64,000 bases of DNA, taken from Camelus dromedarius (taxonomy: Eukaryota). Shown piece by piece: positions 50,801-64,000 of this stretch (the stretch's first letter is position 1; every line of letters starts with the position of its first letter). The DNA lies in the NCBI RefSeq assembly GCF_036321535.1, contig NC_087436.1, forward strand, positions 63,924,001 to 63,988,000. The letters are read 5' to 3'. The notes beneath the pieces are model-generated. The model did no database searches. It saw only the letters and a list, made by a program, of their open reading frames with translations, and was not told the DNA's origin. A program made the position numbers and the translations under genes.

Positions 50801-52251
50801 ATCTTAAATCTGCCACTTATTATCCATTTACTTATCTCATTACTGTTACTAAACGGTGGACCTCCTGAGGGTCATGATCATGCCTTATTCACTTTGGGAT
50901 CCTATGTATTCTTTCTATAGTAGCTTAAGAATATCAGGCAATTAGATATTTGTTGAATAAAACAAGTAATTTCTTTGTTAGTCTTTTATAAAGATTTTAT
51001 ATGCACTGTCATTATAATATGGTGGAAAAGTATGCATCAAAACAAAATACATAATGATGCTTCATATTTAGTTGCAAAATATTAAAAGATATTCATAATT
51101 TTCCCCATTACTTCATATAGTTTAGTACATAAACATCTACTTAAATGTATAGAATGGTATTTATTATTGAGTTTTACCCTGTGTGCCCTTTATATTAATG
51201 TAAACTCTTGAACAGTGACCAAAAATCATTACAGCTTGATGTCTTTTCAGTGGCCAAAATGAAATGAATTGGTCTCAGTCCAAGTCCTGGTGGACAAGTG
51301 TCTAAATCAAAAAACACCAGCACAATTAGCATTACTTAAGTTAATAGTTTTAACCACTGAGGTCAAGGATAAAATAAATAATAAAATTTGAACTAACCTT
51401 GCAATAGACATCGTAACTCCTTCCAAAATAGAGATTGGATGAGCTTAAAGGATGCCTGCTAACTAGTTAATTTATAGAATAAAAGGAAGAAAGGAACACC
51501 AATGAGACTGACTAGGAATTTATGTAATTTTGTGAAAGCAAATTTTCTATAATACTTATTCCTTTTCACAAATAGCCTTAAAGTTCTTAATGAAAAATTA
51601 AATTCCTACCAAAACTAACAAGAATTTTCAACCTACTATTAATTTTGCAAATAAAACTGAGTATTTAAATACACATGTATTTATTACATTCCCAAGTCCT
51701 CGCATAGAAGATTCACTGGTAAATTTATAGAAACTAGGAGGAACATAAATATTCCCTGGAGTCTTTACAGAAAAGTAGAAGAAATGAAATCTCTGGATCC
51801 AAAGAATTTCATCAAAGTATTTCAAAGTACAAAGGTTAAAAGTCTTTTTAGCAGCAGAACGGTAAAACCTGAATGTTCATCTCTTCATAGAATATTGGGA
51901 TTCTCTGTATTTTAAGAGTCCAGACATTTCATTTTTACACATGAGGTAATTTAAAGTTTGATAAATTGAGTTGATTTACCTAGAGTAACACAGTGATCTT
52001 CGTGTTGTCCTTAATGCTTACCCTAAAAGATTATGCAATATTAAAAATTCTTATGTATGAATACAGTTGTATATGTGTGCATGTGTTTAACATTGTTCAA
52101 AGCTCTGAGAAAAACACCAGTGAACAAAATAGGCAAAACTCCCTGCTTTCATTGAAATTTGCATTCTAGGGATGAGAGAGAGAGAAAATAAATGAGAAAT
52201 ATATTTAATAATGCAACAGTACAAGTTTAGGGAGATCAGTTTGCAAGGTGA

Positions 52252-52648
52252 TGTATTAGTTTGCTAGTGCTGTCATAACAATATACCACAGACAGGGTGG
52301 CCTAAACAGCAGAAGATTCTTGTTTCACAGTTCCGGAGGCTGAAGTCCAAGATGAAGGTATTGGCAGGATTGGTTTCTTCTGAGGACCTTAAGGGAAAGA
52401 TCTGTTCCAGGCCTCTCTCCTTGGCTCCTGGCATCTTCACATTATCTTCCCTCCATGCCTGCATCTGTGTCCCAATTTCCTCTTCTTATGAGGACACCAG
52501 TCATACTAGAGTAGAACTCACCCAATGACCTCATTTTAACTCATTTACTTCTTCAAAGATCCTATCTGTAAATTGTAACATTCTGAGGTACTAGGGCTTA
52601 GGACGTTAATATATAAATTTTGAGGGGCTCACAATTCAGCCCACAACA
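52252..52648 (-). mobile_element. MaLR solo LTR (MLT1B-like) within an L2 fragment
   Basis: 'tgtattagtttgctagtgctgtcataacaatataccacagac...cacaattcagcccacaaca'. Confidence 0.9.
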
Positions 52649-53710
52649 GGAGGAGGAGTGATATTAGAATTTTAAATGGAGTGATCTAGTCTGGTTTCAA
52701 TGAAAAGGTGATGTTTGAGCAAAGGCATGAAGGAGATAATTTACAGAACAAAACAACTCAAATTGCAATCTTATTTGTAATAAAAGCCAAATTTGCAATT
52801 AATAAAAACCAATTAAGGCTACTAAGATAAGAACAATGTGGTTTCACACAGGACCCAAGAAAAGGCCTTAGCTTGGCTTCAGGAAGGTTCTAAAATCAAC
52901 AGCCAGAAAGCCTCCAAGAACTAGGTGGTGCTATGTTTCTCCCTGGCTTGTCTCTGCTTCTCTCTGCACGTCTCCTCCATTCTCTGTAGACCTCCTCTCT
53001 CTGCTTCTCAGTCCAGCGATTAACAAAGGCTCTCCATGGTTTGCATTTAATACATATCCCATTTTCAGCTGTTTGTAGAGATTTAATAGCCATTCCTGAA
53101 TGCTAATTCCAAATTCCCAGGAGAGAAAGACCAATTGGCCCAGGTGACTGTGGACAAAGACCTAGGATCATGTAGAACAAAAATTCCTGCCTTTCTCTGT
53201 GGAAGGGCAGGATCCCTCTCCATGGAAGAAAGAGGAGGCTTGTGGGCAAAGTAAATGACTCCAAAATAGTCTATGACAGTAAAGTTTTGCTGTTCAGCTA
53301 CTAGATACCATTTTTTAAAGAAATTATTGTAGTCCTTTTTCCACTCTTAAACTTTTCTCAACAAAATTTACCAACTCTTGTAAATTACTCTGTATATTTC
53401 TTCTCTGATGTGAAAAGGTAGAAAGAGCACAGGAAAAGGAGTCATAAAAATTAGGTGAAATCCTAGGTTTCACATTACATATCCCTGTGATCTTGAGCAT
53501 GCTGCTTTACACCTCTCAACCAGAAAAGGCATCTCTTAAAGCTCTTATCACAATATAGTATAATTGCTTCTTTATTTAAATCTCCACTGACTTACTTAAA
53601 ATTCATTTTTTAAAAAGTTTATTACTTTCTCACTGTGGTCCAGGCACTCTAATGAAGTATCCAATGGTTGTGAGGAGGTGGGGTCTGACCCATTATCTGC
53701 ACTTAGGAAT

Positions 53711-54039
53711 TACTATAGAGTGAGTATTTGTGCCTCCTGCACCCCAGCCCCCAAATTCATGTTAAAATCCTAACCCCCAAGAGATGGTGTTAGTAGGTGG
53801 GAGTCTTTGGGAGGTGATCAGTATCCTCATAAAAGAAGCCATGAAAACTCCCTCACTCCTTCCATCACCTGAGGTTACAGTGGAAAGATGATCAATGAGA
53901 AATGGGGAAATGGGTTCTCATGAGACACCAAATCTCCCAGCACCATGATCTTGGACTTCCTAGCTTCCAGACCTGTGAGAAATAAACGTATCCAGCAGTT
54001 ACAGTATTTTTATTATAGCAGCCTGATCAGACTAAGGCA
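53711..54039 (+). mobile_element. MaLR solo LTR (MLT1A0-like)
   Basis: 'ccccaaattcatgttaaaatcctaaccccc...gatcttggacttcctagcttccagacctgtgagaaataaa...actaaggca'. Near-perfect 5-bp TSD ggaat/gaaat. Confidence 0.88.
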
Positions 54040-55234
54040 GAAATTATTTACAGTTTAAAATTCCAATCCACTTTATGCAAACCTTCATTTATCTGAGTAA
54101 AATTTGAAGCAAAGTCCGCCTATAAAAGGGAAGCAGGGAAAATGGAGATAGAAACAGTAAGTTTCCAGAGAACAGAAACTGAATTTTGCTACCTTAAATA
54201 TTCAGGATTTCACATATTTTAAAAGACTAAGTAGTGATCTTTTGTAGACCATGCACCCCATTCTCATATCTTGCATCTCTAAGCAACTCTTAGGAGGGAA
54301 GTTTCAGGTGAGACAGATAACAGATGATTCCATGACAGACTAGTGAGTGATAAACACCTTGAAGATAAGACTATGAGAAAACTATGAAATAAAAGCTTTC
54401 TGTTTGTCACATACCATTTGTATCACAGAACCTTTTTAAATCTCAAAAGATGTTCAGCCTCCTTTTACCTCTAGATGGATTACTCAAAATTTCACATACA
54501 GTGATAGTTTTATTTTACCTCTAATTTCAGCCTCTAACCTTAACATTCATATTCCCAAATGTAAGCAATCTATGAATAGCTACACAATTTAGAGTTATTA
54601 ATTAGAATAAAGTTGGCAGTTTGACTGCAGAGTTCAGCCTGTTTTCTTGTAATTCTTTAATGCGGTTGACTGCCTGCAAACATTTAAATGATTCCCCTGC
54701 CACTTGTCGATGTATTTAAGCAAATAGACTATTACAAGAACAAAGACCTACTTGGTTTTTCTAATTTGACAGACGATAAAAGAAGGCTTTCGCAGCTTTG
54801 TTTTATTTCTAAACTCATTTAGCACCAAGTGCATATCTACTTCGACTCTTTTGGAACTGGTTCATTATGAAAATGGTCTAATAAAGAGTAGTTGGACCTA
54901 GAGTTTTTATCCATCCCTTAAAGAGCCCAAGCTTGTTTCTCATTTCTTTATTTTGTAATTATGCTCTCTTTCAGCCCATTTTGTGGTCTCCTTCTAAACA
55001 TGCTCTCTTTTATACTATGTTTCCTTTGATTTTGAATACCTCATTATATGTAGTAATTTCTATTACAGGTCTACAGTATAAAGTCATTAATTGAACTCTA
55101 GGTGTCTATTTTTCTCAAATAACCCACTGATAAATATAGATACTTGCTCAAAAATCTCATCACTGCATATTAGAGAAATATAAGTAAAGGAACCATTAAA
55201 TAAATGAGAATATAAAATATAAACATTTTGTAAC

Positions 55235-55450
55235 TCTGAGGTTGAGCAATGCCCAAGCCAGAGGCTTACATGCAGATTTTTTTTGGGAATGTGACTCCAG
55301 AAAGCAGATGTGGGGAGCAAGGACAGGAGAACGTAGATGGCGGGAAAGTAATGTAAGATTGCAGAATCTTAAAAATTGTGTCAGGACCCCAGCTCTTTTA
55401 CTTCTCTGTAGGTGGGACTTTTTCTTATAGAATCCTGTAATTGTCTTGAA
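55235..55450 (-). mobile_element. ERVL LTR16-like fragment
   Basis: 'tgcagatttttttgggaatgtgactccagaaagcagatgtggggag' resembles a reverse LTR16-type end. Confidence 0.4.
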
Positions 55451-55625
55451 TGGGCTCCTAAATGCTGACTGTTAATTTTCAGAAATTTTGAAAGTTGATT
55501 TTCAAACAATCGGAAACTGGCCGTGGTGGTGGTATTTATACCACAGAACTGAGCAAACACTCCTCATCAGGGCAATTATTTTTATCTTCAGAGACACCAT
55601 TAATGGGTACTTTTATCTCTTCTAT

Positions 55626-55819
55626 CAGGGTCTACAGACTATAGTAACATTTTTGTCAAGTTTTATTTGAACACAGCTGCACTCATTAATTTATGTATTA
55701 CCTAAGACTGCTTTTGCACTACAAAGCCAGATTTGAGTAGTTGAGACACAGATCATATGGCCTACAAACCGTAAAATATTTACTATAGGGCTCTTTACAG
55801 AGTGACTTGCCAATTGCTG
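55626..55819. mobile_element. MER58A hAT MITE
   Basis: 'aagttttatttgaacacagc...gagtagttgagacacagatcatatggcctacaaa...aaaatatttactat...ctttacaga...ttgccaattgctg'. Confidence 0.85.
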
Positions 55820-56934
55820 TGTTGAACTATGCTGAATGAAGAGAAGTTCTGCCTGGGTGAAACAGACTCCTACAGCTGGATTATTCCGTTTACCTCTTTG
55901 CCTTTGCTTATCGATATGATAAAGAGTGTACTCTCACTCTTCCCTCAGGAAAGTTCATGCATATCTGTCCCAGTCTTGTGCTTTGTTCCCCTTTTGTAGG
56001 TATACTTCTTGACTCCTTAAATATATCTGGCAACTCTAGAAAAATTTTAAACAGCATCAGATTTTAAGCTACTAGACCCTTGTATAACCACACCCTAGAA
56101 AAACAGTGTAACAAAATTGTCCTTTCTGTGGTGCTTTTCATCTTTATTTTCCTCTAGCACTGGACGTATAGTGTGTGTGTGTGTCTCCTTTGTGTAGCTG
56201 CTGGCTTAACCTTCTTGGTCTTCCCCTTGGCCTTCAGTTTTGCATGACCCAGGGTCCCCATTATTCCATCCACTGACTTCAGTATACCTCTGGTCCCTGA
56301 GAGCCAAGGGGCTACTTTGATATTTACACAGTGATCTTAAGATTCTGCTTCTACTTGTTTTCTGGATCTTCACTGAACTCCATTTCCCCCTCTCCTCTTT
56401 CTTATGCCCATCATCCCGCCTCTAAAATAAAATGTGCTTAGTTGATATGGACCTAAAGCAATATATAAAATTTCTCCTTGATTCTTGGGCTTTTCGTACA
56501 TTTCAGTATTCTCAAGGATTTTTTTCTGTAATGTTATTTAATCCAATATTTACATAACTATATTTTTAAAGCACAGCTGCTCTTTTCCATATTTGACTGT
56601 TTCACTTATTAACTGCTAATCCCAATATTAATCATAATGGCTGATCAGAGTTTAATAAAATTTAAAAGCATGGGAAACTCCTTAAAGAATTAGATGCCAA
56701 ATATAACTTATGCTCTGATTAAAATCTGTATTTTTTCAAAAGATTAAAGTCTATATTTTTTGAAATTATTTTGATCCAAAATGCAACCGTAAAGACCAAA
56801 AAGTAAAAACACACCACGTTTTTACTTCCTTTTCTAAGATTCTAAATATTAGAGGAGAGCCATCTTTTTATAATCACCAGGAAAATAAAAAGAGATGAGT
56901 TACTTCTCCTCCTTTCATCATCAAAGTATATTTT

Positions 56935-57400
56935 AGGTGTTATATTTGTCAAGAATCTTACAGTGAATGAAATACAGCTTCAACTAAATTAAGCAAAATG
57001 CAGTAGACTCAGAGATGAAAGTGGGATACACTTGGCTAGATTCAAGAGTTTCTCTCTCTCTCTCTCTCTCTACTTCTCTCCTCTGCTTCCCCCTCTGTTG
57101 GCTTTGTTCTCAGGCTGACTTTCTACATATAACAAAAACCGTGTTCTATAACAGTTTTAGCTTACATATTACCTGTTAGACACCAAAGAGAGGAAGAGCC
57201 TGTTTACCAATAGCTCAAGAAAAACTGTATCCTGGGGACTTTGATTGTCCCAACTAATAGGAACACATTTGTCTTTTCCTGACTTGATCAGTGTGCCTGG
57301 GGGCGGGAGAGAGGGGGATGATATACTGTGATTGGCCAGAGCTGGATCACATGATCACACTGTGGCATTTCAGAGAAAGCCATTTAAAAGCCTCAAAGAA
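56935..57400 (-). mobile_element. Old MLT1J-like LTR with (TC)n
   Basis: 'ctctgcttccccctctgttggctttgttctcaggctg' and 'ctgtgattggccagagctggatcacatg'. Confidence 0.6.
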
Positions 57401-60400
57401 TAATAAATTCTCTTTTAAAAAGACAAAAACAGAGGAAGGGGGAAAAGTGTCATTGTATCTACCAATGTCTTCTCTACGGAGTATCAATAGCTGCTTATTT
57501 CTAATGGGAAAATTCCCATTATGATGGTGTGTACTGACAAGAAATATAACTAAACATTGAGTACCATGGCTCTTCTCTGAAAGGATTTGCTCCATTTCAG
57601 ATGGAAGAATAATGAATGAGTGGATGAATGAATGAATGAGTGATGAAATCTGGACTCATTTTCTCTGCCCAGGGTAATTTCTACATTTAAGAACTTCAAG
57701 GTTAAACTGACCATTTGTCAGTTCTTAAAAGAGGTATAATCAATCAGGGTTGAAGTCATACTCCTGTGTGACTCCTGTATCCACATTCCTGAAACAGGTC
57801 TAGAACCAGAAAAGCTAACAGAGAAAGTTTAGGCCTGAGGAAATGGTCAAGTTTGAGCTCAGTGGCAAAGTTCTCAAGAACATGAATGTTAAAGTCTTTC
57901 TTCACATATCCATTTAAAGACAAGGAAGTTCTAATCTGATAGCTCTCTTGAAACTTACGAATAGCTGGATTTTGTAAATTCTCGCATGCTTCAATGACAT
58001 AAAATTCCAATCACAACAGATATATTACAATAAAAATTCTATTTTTTTACCTTAATCAGCATAGAACAATCCCTGATTTATTTGCCCAATTTTTGCAATG
58101 TTGCTTTGAGCAAGTCACAAGTCACCTGTTTTCTGAACTATTCTCCACCCTTCCTCCCAATACTTAGCTCTTTACCTTCCCTATCCTCTCTTTGCCGTCT
58201 CCAAATTCCATCCAGAATGGATGAATCTATTTGCTTGCTAAACACAGCACTCAATTTTAGCATTTATTTCATTAATTTGTAATTATGAGTGTATGGGTGT
58301 GCATTTCCTCTAATAGATGGTAATTATTTTGAGAATGTGGCCTCATTAATAATTGTATCTCTAGTTCCAAATCCAGTGGAAGAAGAGCAATTATTCAATA
58401 AAATAATTTAGTTTATTTCCAAATTTTCACATGGAAGTATGTGTGTGTCATATTTGGAATAAAATAAATTTTAATTTAGAAAGAATAGGAAGCTTTCTTA
58501 AGTATTCTTATTGAGACCTCTTGGTACTTGAAAGGCCTTAGAGATTACTTTCTATAATTTCAAATTCAAACTGTAAGACTTTTCTTTCCCTAATATAAGA
58601 AGCCATGATTCTTTCATTCTCTCTCTGTCTCTCACTGTCTCTCTCTCTAAGACAAAAGAAAAAAATAGTATATTCTGTGGATAAAGGCAAAAGTGAAGGA
58701 TGAGTAGAGAATGAGCAAGTAGAAGAGTAAAGAAAAGTAGAGAGATGGTCACACAAGCAAATATTTTACATTTGATGGATGTTTACATATTATCATTGTG
58801 GAGTGGGTTTGATCCTATGTGATGTGAGAAGGAAAACCATTGTTATCTTTACTTAACAAATCAGTAACTGGAAAATTAGAAAGTATGGAACTAGAGCAGG
58901 TTCATGAATCAAGTTAATACATAGTTCAGCCTGTAATGTGGAGCAGGATTATAATTACAGTGAAGTATTTCAATCTCCTTCACTTACTATTAAATTATAT
59001 TTGATAAGCATCACCCCCTTATGCATCATTTTTTTTCATTTTGAAACAAGAATTAAATAGCACCCACCTGATAAAGTCCTGGTGAGGAAGAGGAAAGAAT
59101 GCATGGGAAGCACTGCTCAGTAAGAAGTGTTGTTTTGTGGTGTGACCACTTCAGCAGCTTTATCTACTTTGCCATTCCAACCTGCCTTGTTTAAGAAAAC
59201 GTTTGCTTGGAAAAGACAGAGCAAAAGTGGAAAATAACCATATGTTGAACTTGCAGAGACATAAAAGGAAAGGCACTAAAAAACCTGGTCTGACAATTCA
59301 TTCTACAGACCAACAAGAAGTATCACTGGGTGAGAATGGATTGATCGCCATGGAAGAAGGGATGTGTGGCTCAGGTGGTGAAGCAGCCTCAGGGTCAGAT
59401 GGGCAGGGAGAGAATTTATAAATATTGAATACCACATTTCCCTTGAAAAGGACAAGTGGAAAAATCAGGACCTATGCTAGCCAATGTGAGGAAATTTTGC
59501 AGCCTCATAAAAAATTTTCTATATTGAAATCTAGTTTTAAGGACTAGGACACTAAAGTACAAATTTTAAGAAAAAAATACTGGTAACATTGGTGCATTTT
59601 TCATATGCAAATTGCTTGATATTTATAGACCTCTAATATTTGAAACCGAAAAGTTACTATAGACATTTCTGTTAGGTGTGAGGTGTGAGGAGAAACTCTG
59701 TGTAAGCTAAGTGTTGTAAGGTCTGGGTTAGCAATTTACATAATCTGTCAGAGTCCTTCCAGACCCATAAGTATTACCACTTTCTATTTCATTTAATATT
59801 TAATGAATATTAACTTTAGATTCATTCTAGTTCTCATGAATCAACAATTCTTCCATTTTTAACAAAACATTTCTGATATTTATTTTTATCATAATTACTA
59901 CTATTATTATTTGAAAGAAACTGTTGGTTCTCCCTTCCTTTATTTATCTATTATATGATGAATCCTAAGATGAATAATATGCAAATACTCCTAGTATCTT
60001 GCACACACCCAAGTCCTGTGATCACAAACAATGCTGTCTTTGCTCCTTCTGACTCTCCCCACCAAACATCCTACCTTGTGCAATCCAGTTCTTTTGAGCT
60101 GCAGAATCTAACACTGCGCAGAGAAAGAAAAGTTGTGAGAATGAGGGAAAAAAAAGTTGCCACAAGAGGCCAACTAGATACATATGATAAACCTGAGAAG
60201 GAAAGAGGAGGGAAGAAGCCACATGTGCTAGAGAAGCAGGAAGAGAGAGGGATATTTCTTGATGTTTGGGTGGTGAAGGTAAATGAAACCCAGAGTGAGA
60301 AAAGATTATGACTGTATATTGAGTTTTTATTAAAGTGACCTTTATCATTCAGACACTGGAGTTCTCTGGACACATGGGTCCAGGAGTCAAAAGAGATACA

Positions 60401-60809
60401 TTTGAATGGCTCATCTAAGAGTTTGAAATAATCCTGGGATAGAAATCAGGACTGCTCAGAATTTAGCATGATAATACAATCAAGTTTAAGAAATTTGAGT
60501 CTTTATTAGAAGAAGAGTTCTAAGTTCACCCTTGTGTGGTAAGTGAGTGGCTTCTCCCCATTGCTCCATCATCAATACCAAATCTTTGAAGGGCTTGGTG
60601 TTAAAAAGGGACTTGTTTTTTTTTTTAGAATTTTGTTTTTAAGTTTTGAATTATGTATGTATGTCATTTGCCAAAAGAATTTGGAAAATAGGCAAGAGCT
60701 GCTCAGAATTTACAGAGAAATGCCATCATTTTTAATTAGTCTTCAAGTTTTGCATTGGGATTTAAAGCTTTAAAAACAGTGTATCTATAAAGGGACTAAG
60801 TCCCTTGAA

Positions 60810-61362
60810 GAGGGGTAGGCAAATAATGTCTCAGAAGCTAAAACCAGCCCACTACATGTTTGCTTATTTGTTTTTCTACCTCTCATGAGAATTGTTTTTA
60901 TCTTAAGTGGTTAGAAAAAATACCAAAAGAAGAATTATATTTGGTGACATGGGAAAATTATATGAAATTTAAATTTCAGGGTCTGTTGTAAAGTTTTACG
61001 GTGACATAGTAACACTCATTCATTTACATATTATTTATGGTTGCTTTCATATCACAAGGCCAGAGTGGAGAATTTGGGACAGAGACCATATATGGCCTGT
61101 ACCACTTAAAATGTTTATGAGCTGATCCTTTACAGAAAAAGTTTGCCAAGAGTAGGGAGGGTATAGCTCAAGTGGTAGAGCACATGCTTAGCATGCACAA
61201 AGGTCCTGGGTTCAATCCCCAGTACCACCTCTAAAAAAATAAACAAACCTAATTACCTGCCCCCAAATAAAATAATTAAATAATACAGTGGTAAATAAAT
61301 AAAATTTTAAAAATAGCTAAGATGATATATTTTTAAAAAAAGAAAAACTTTGCCAACCACTG
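60810..61362. mobile_element. MER58B hAT MITE interrupted by a SINE
   Basis: 'aggggtaggcaaa...aaaagaagaattatatttggtgacatgggaaaattatatgaaatttaaatttcag...ctttacagaaaaagtttgccaa|ccactg'. Confidence 0.88.
61150..61340 (+). mobile_element. Vic-1-type camelid SINE (long-tailed)
   Basis: 'gggagggtatagctcaagtggtagagcacatgcttagcatgcac...gtcctgggttcaatccccagtacc'. TSD agaaaaa(g/c)tttgccaa at 61134-61149 and 61341-61356. Confidence 0.95.
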
Positions 61363-63619
61363 TACTGAAACAAGAATAGAGTAGATAGCACTTCTGCCTC
61401 TCCCAATTTCATAGATGTACATAAAGCCAGAGAAACGTATTTGGTTTCATGGATAGGCTGTATTAACTCTCGTGGATAATTCCACAAGGGACTGTGGAAC
61501 AAGACATGAAGTCTCAGAAGTAAGTTAAAATGGAAGTGATTTAGAGTAAAGAAGTCATACATTCTATTGAAATTCCCTGCTCTTTCAAAATCTCCCAGAT
61601 TCTCACTGTTGGTGAAGCAAATCAGAGCTAAAGAGGAAAATAAGGACAAATTAGAAGCTTTCAGGAAATCGGATCAACTAAAGAAATTCAAAATGAAGTA
61701 GAGAATAAATCTGATAAACCAGAAAGGATAAAAGTGTCTCCGCCTTTAAAAGTTAAAAAAGTCCAGAGGGCTGAAATAAACAGTTTCCCTAACCTTACTC
61801 AGTGGACTCTGCTAGTTACAAGCCAGGACTGGACCTAAGGAGAATACTGTGCTTGCATTCAGAATTCAGTTAGGATAAAATTGCATTCAGAACTCAGCTG
61901 GTTACACATTTGCTCTGGTTTTGGCAAAGAAAACTATCTTTCAGTGGTAAATAACAATATTGTTATAAAGTAAGCAGAATTAGTTTTTCAAACTACTGTT
62001 CAGTGACGTCTGGAAAGTGCAGGAAATTATTGGCAAGTGCCCTTCCCCCAGCCTAATGTGGAGAGTAGGGGAGACTGTGATAAACCCAACAAGGCTCTGC
62101 TTGGCGATGTTTCTGGATTTTCTCCAGGTAAATTACACAGTACTCGCCAAGTCCTCCTCCTCTGCCCCTGGTAAAAGAATGAAAAGAGGGAGTCAGTTTG
62201 TCAATACAAGGATCATCTAAATGTGCCATTTAAGTAACGGATTTGCCTTTGAAGGCAACTGTAAGGATGGACCAGGGTCAATATGTTACAAGGGTAAAAA
62301 ATTTAATTCATAAATTTCCCCGTTCTTTTTATCTCATTAAAGAGAATGTACTCTTTCCCTATTTAGTTTCCCCCGATGAAGTATGTCTTTGTCAGAATAT
62401 CATGATGCAGAATCAGATAATAGAAAGAAGAAAGAAGTAAATGTAGTAAGGAAAGCCTTTTATGAGGCACTAAAATTACCTACATAATAGAAGTAACTAG
62501 ATACTCAAAAATAAATCAGGAAAAATCTGCATTGATTGGGAGGTATTGAAAAGGGGGATTTTATCACTTACTTATACTCAATATATTTTGATGTATTGGT
62601 TTTAGAGAAAGACAGACTCCAAAGCAATTTAGAGTAGAAGACAATTAGAGAGACAAGAAAAGGGGAAATGAAAAGTTCCAAAATTTGGATATCAGAAGTA
62701 TCATTACATTTAGTTTTCTGCATACCTATTTGAATATGATCATGCATAAGATGGAATCTGGAGTTCTAGGATTCATAGTTTGTAATATACTTTTACCATG
62801 TAGAGCACTTATTCAGTAAGTAATTTCTGCATTAGATCTTTTATCTGGAATAGTATTTCATTCATGGGGTGAATCAAATTTAAGCCTAGGTGACTGGCCA
62901 TAGAATTTCACTGCACCCTAAAGGTTTTTGGTTTACTGGCTTTAGGCATCTTGGGCATCACTTTGCTTTATATTAGTGTTAACATCATTTTTTCTATAAA
63001 TGTTCACTCTAATTTGTAAACATTTAGCCATACATCCTCATTTTTTAGATGATGCAACACTATTCATTTTTCTTGATGGACAGTAGACTCTGTTTTCTCT
63101 GCTCTTGGAAATAACTTGACAGCATATTTCCCTCATGCTCTAAAAGGATGATAAATATAATCAGTGCACAGTGAAATATTTATGTGCATAACTCTGTTTC
63201 TAATGCATTGACAAAGTATCTGTTAGCACCACTTAAATAAAAGTTTAAAATGTTGTGTTTCTCTAATCAGACAAAGGGTATGTCACAAAATCTTTAAAAT
63301 GTAAAGGACTCACACATTTTGGGTGGCATTTTGATGCACTGGTGCAGCAATCTGACAAAATTGTCTCCAATCAGACCTCCCACAAGTGAGGAAATAATTT
63401 ATGCTCAAAGACTGAACACTACTTTTTTATTTCAACCTGGAAAATACTGTTTTAAAAAATGTCTTTTAGAGATATCCTGCTACTGAATAGGAGGGTGAAT
63501 ATAAGTGAAGAGCAAATATAGTCAAAAGAATGACTTTTGATGAGTGGCAATTACTTACTCCTCCACTGAAGAGAATTATGTCAAAGAATCAGTAAAACAG
63601 GGTCCATAGGCACTCATTG

Positions 63620-63960
63620 AACTCAACAGTCATTTATTAACTATCTTCTTCATGAAAGGCAATGTACTAGGTGGATGTAAAGATGAGAAAACCACAAGCT
63701 GATGTGAAATAAACATGCCAGTTTCTCCATTCTAATGCCAAACATGCTAGAGAGCTACAGTGTGCTATTAGAGAGGGAGAAAATTATGCCGACTGTGGGA
63801 CTGAGGACAACTATATGCCACGTGTAGGTTTAAGTTGAGACTTCAAGGATTGTGACCAGTTGTGATATTGGGGGAATAAGTAATTGAGCAAAAGAGAAAA
63901 GGCACACAGGAAAGGAGGTAGGGAGGAAATGTATGAGTGAATTAATTAGAGGAACTAAGT
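63620..63960 (-). mobile_element. L2 3' fragment
   Basis: 'actcaacagtcatttattaactatct...ggcaatgtactaggtg' and 'ttaagttgagacttcaagga'. Confidence 0.55.
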
Positions 63961-64000
63961 CCAAAGACACTCCAGAGATTGAATTAATAGAACACAGGGC

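Noticed and set aside
57754..57767. 14-mer agtcatactcctgt matching the reverse complement of 47110-47123
   Set aside because: Several 14-mer matches are expected by chance in a 64-kb two-strand self-comparison.
61545..61840. Lys/Glu-rich plus-strand frames (LLVKQIRAKEENKDKLEAFRK; KEIQNEVENKSDKPERIK)
   Set aside because: They are short, stop-bounded, lack convincing splice sites or recognisable homology, and are explained by purine-rich composition.

Overview
This is AT-rich, CpG-poor mammalian genomic DNA with no intact protein-coding gene that I can support. It is most likely from a camelid (alpaca, vicuna or camel), based on five tRNA-headed Vic-1-type SINEs and camelid-type L1 3' ends. 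The window looks intronic or intergenic and is dominated by layered interspersed repeats: L2, MIR, MLT1 LTRs, ERV1 LTRs, hAT-Charlie MITEs, and old and young L1. The only recognisable gene-derived sequence is a full-length processed RPSA pseudogene (5834-6815, minus strand). Less obvious items are: a heavily decayed RTE-clade LINE fossil (~10900-12200) visible only at the protein-motif level; a near-complete ancient MLT1 provirus; a MER133-like palindromic relic; a perfect 156-bp tandem duplication; a SINE dimer inside one TSD; a CpG-retaining ERV1 solo LTR; and two repeat-free blocks with regulatory or exon-like features. Repeat family names come from my recall of consensus sequences, not from a database run, and most boundaries are approximate. 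I found no evidence for a novel multi-gene system.
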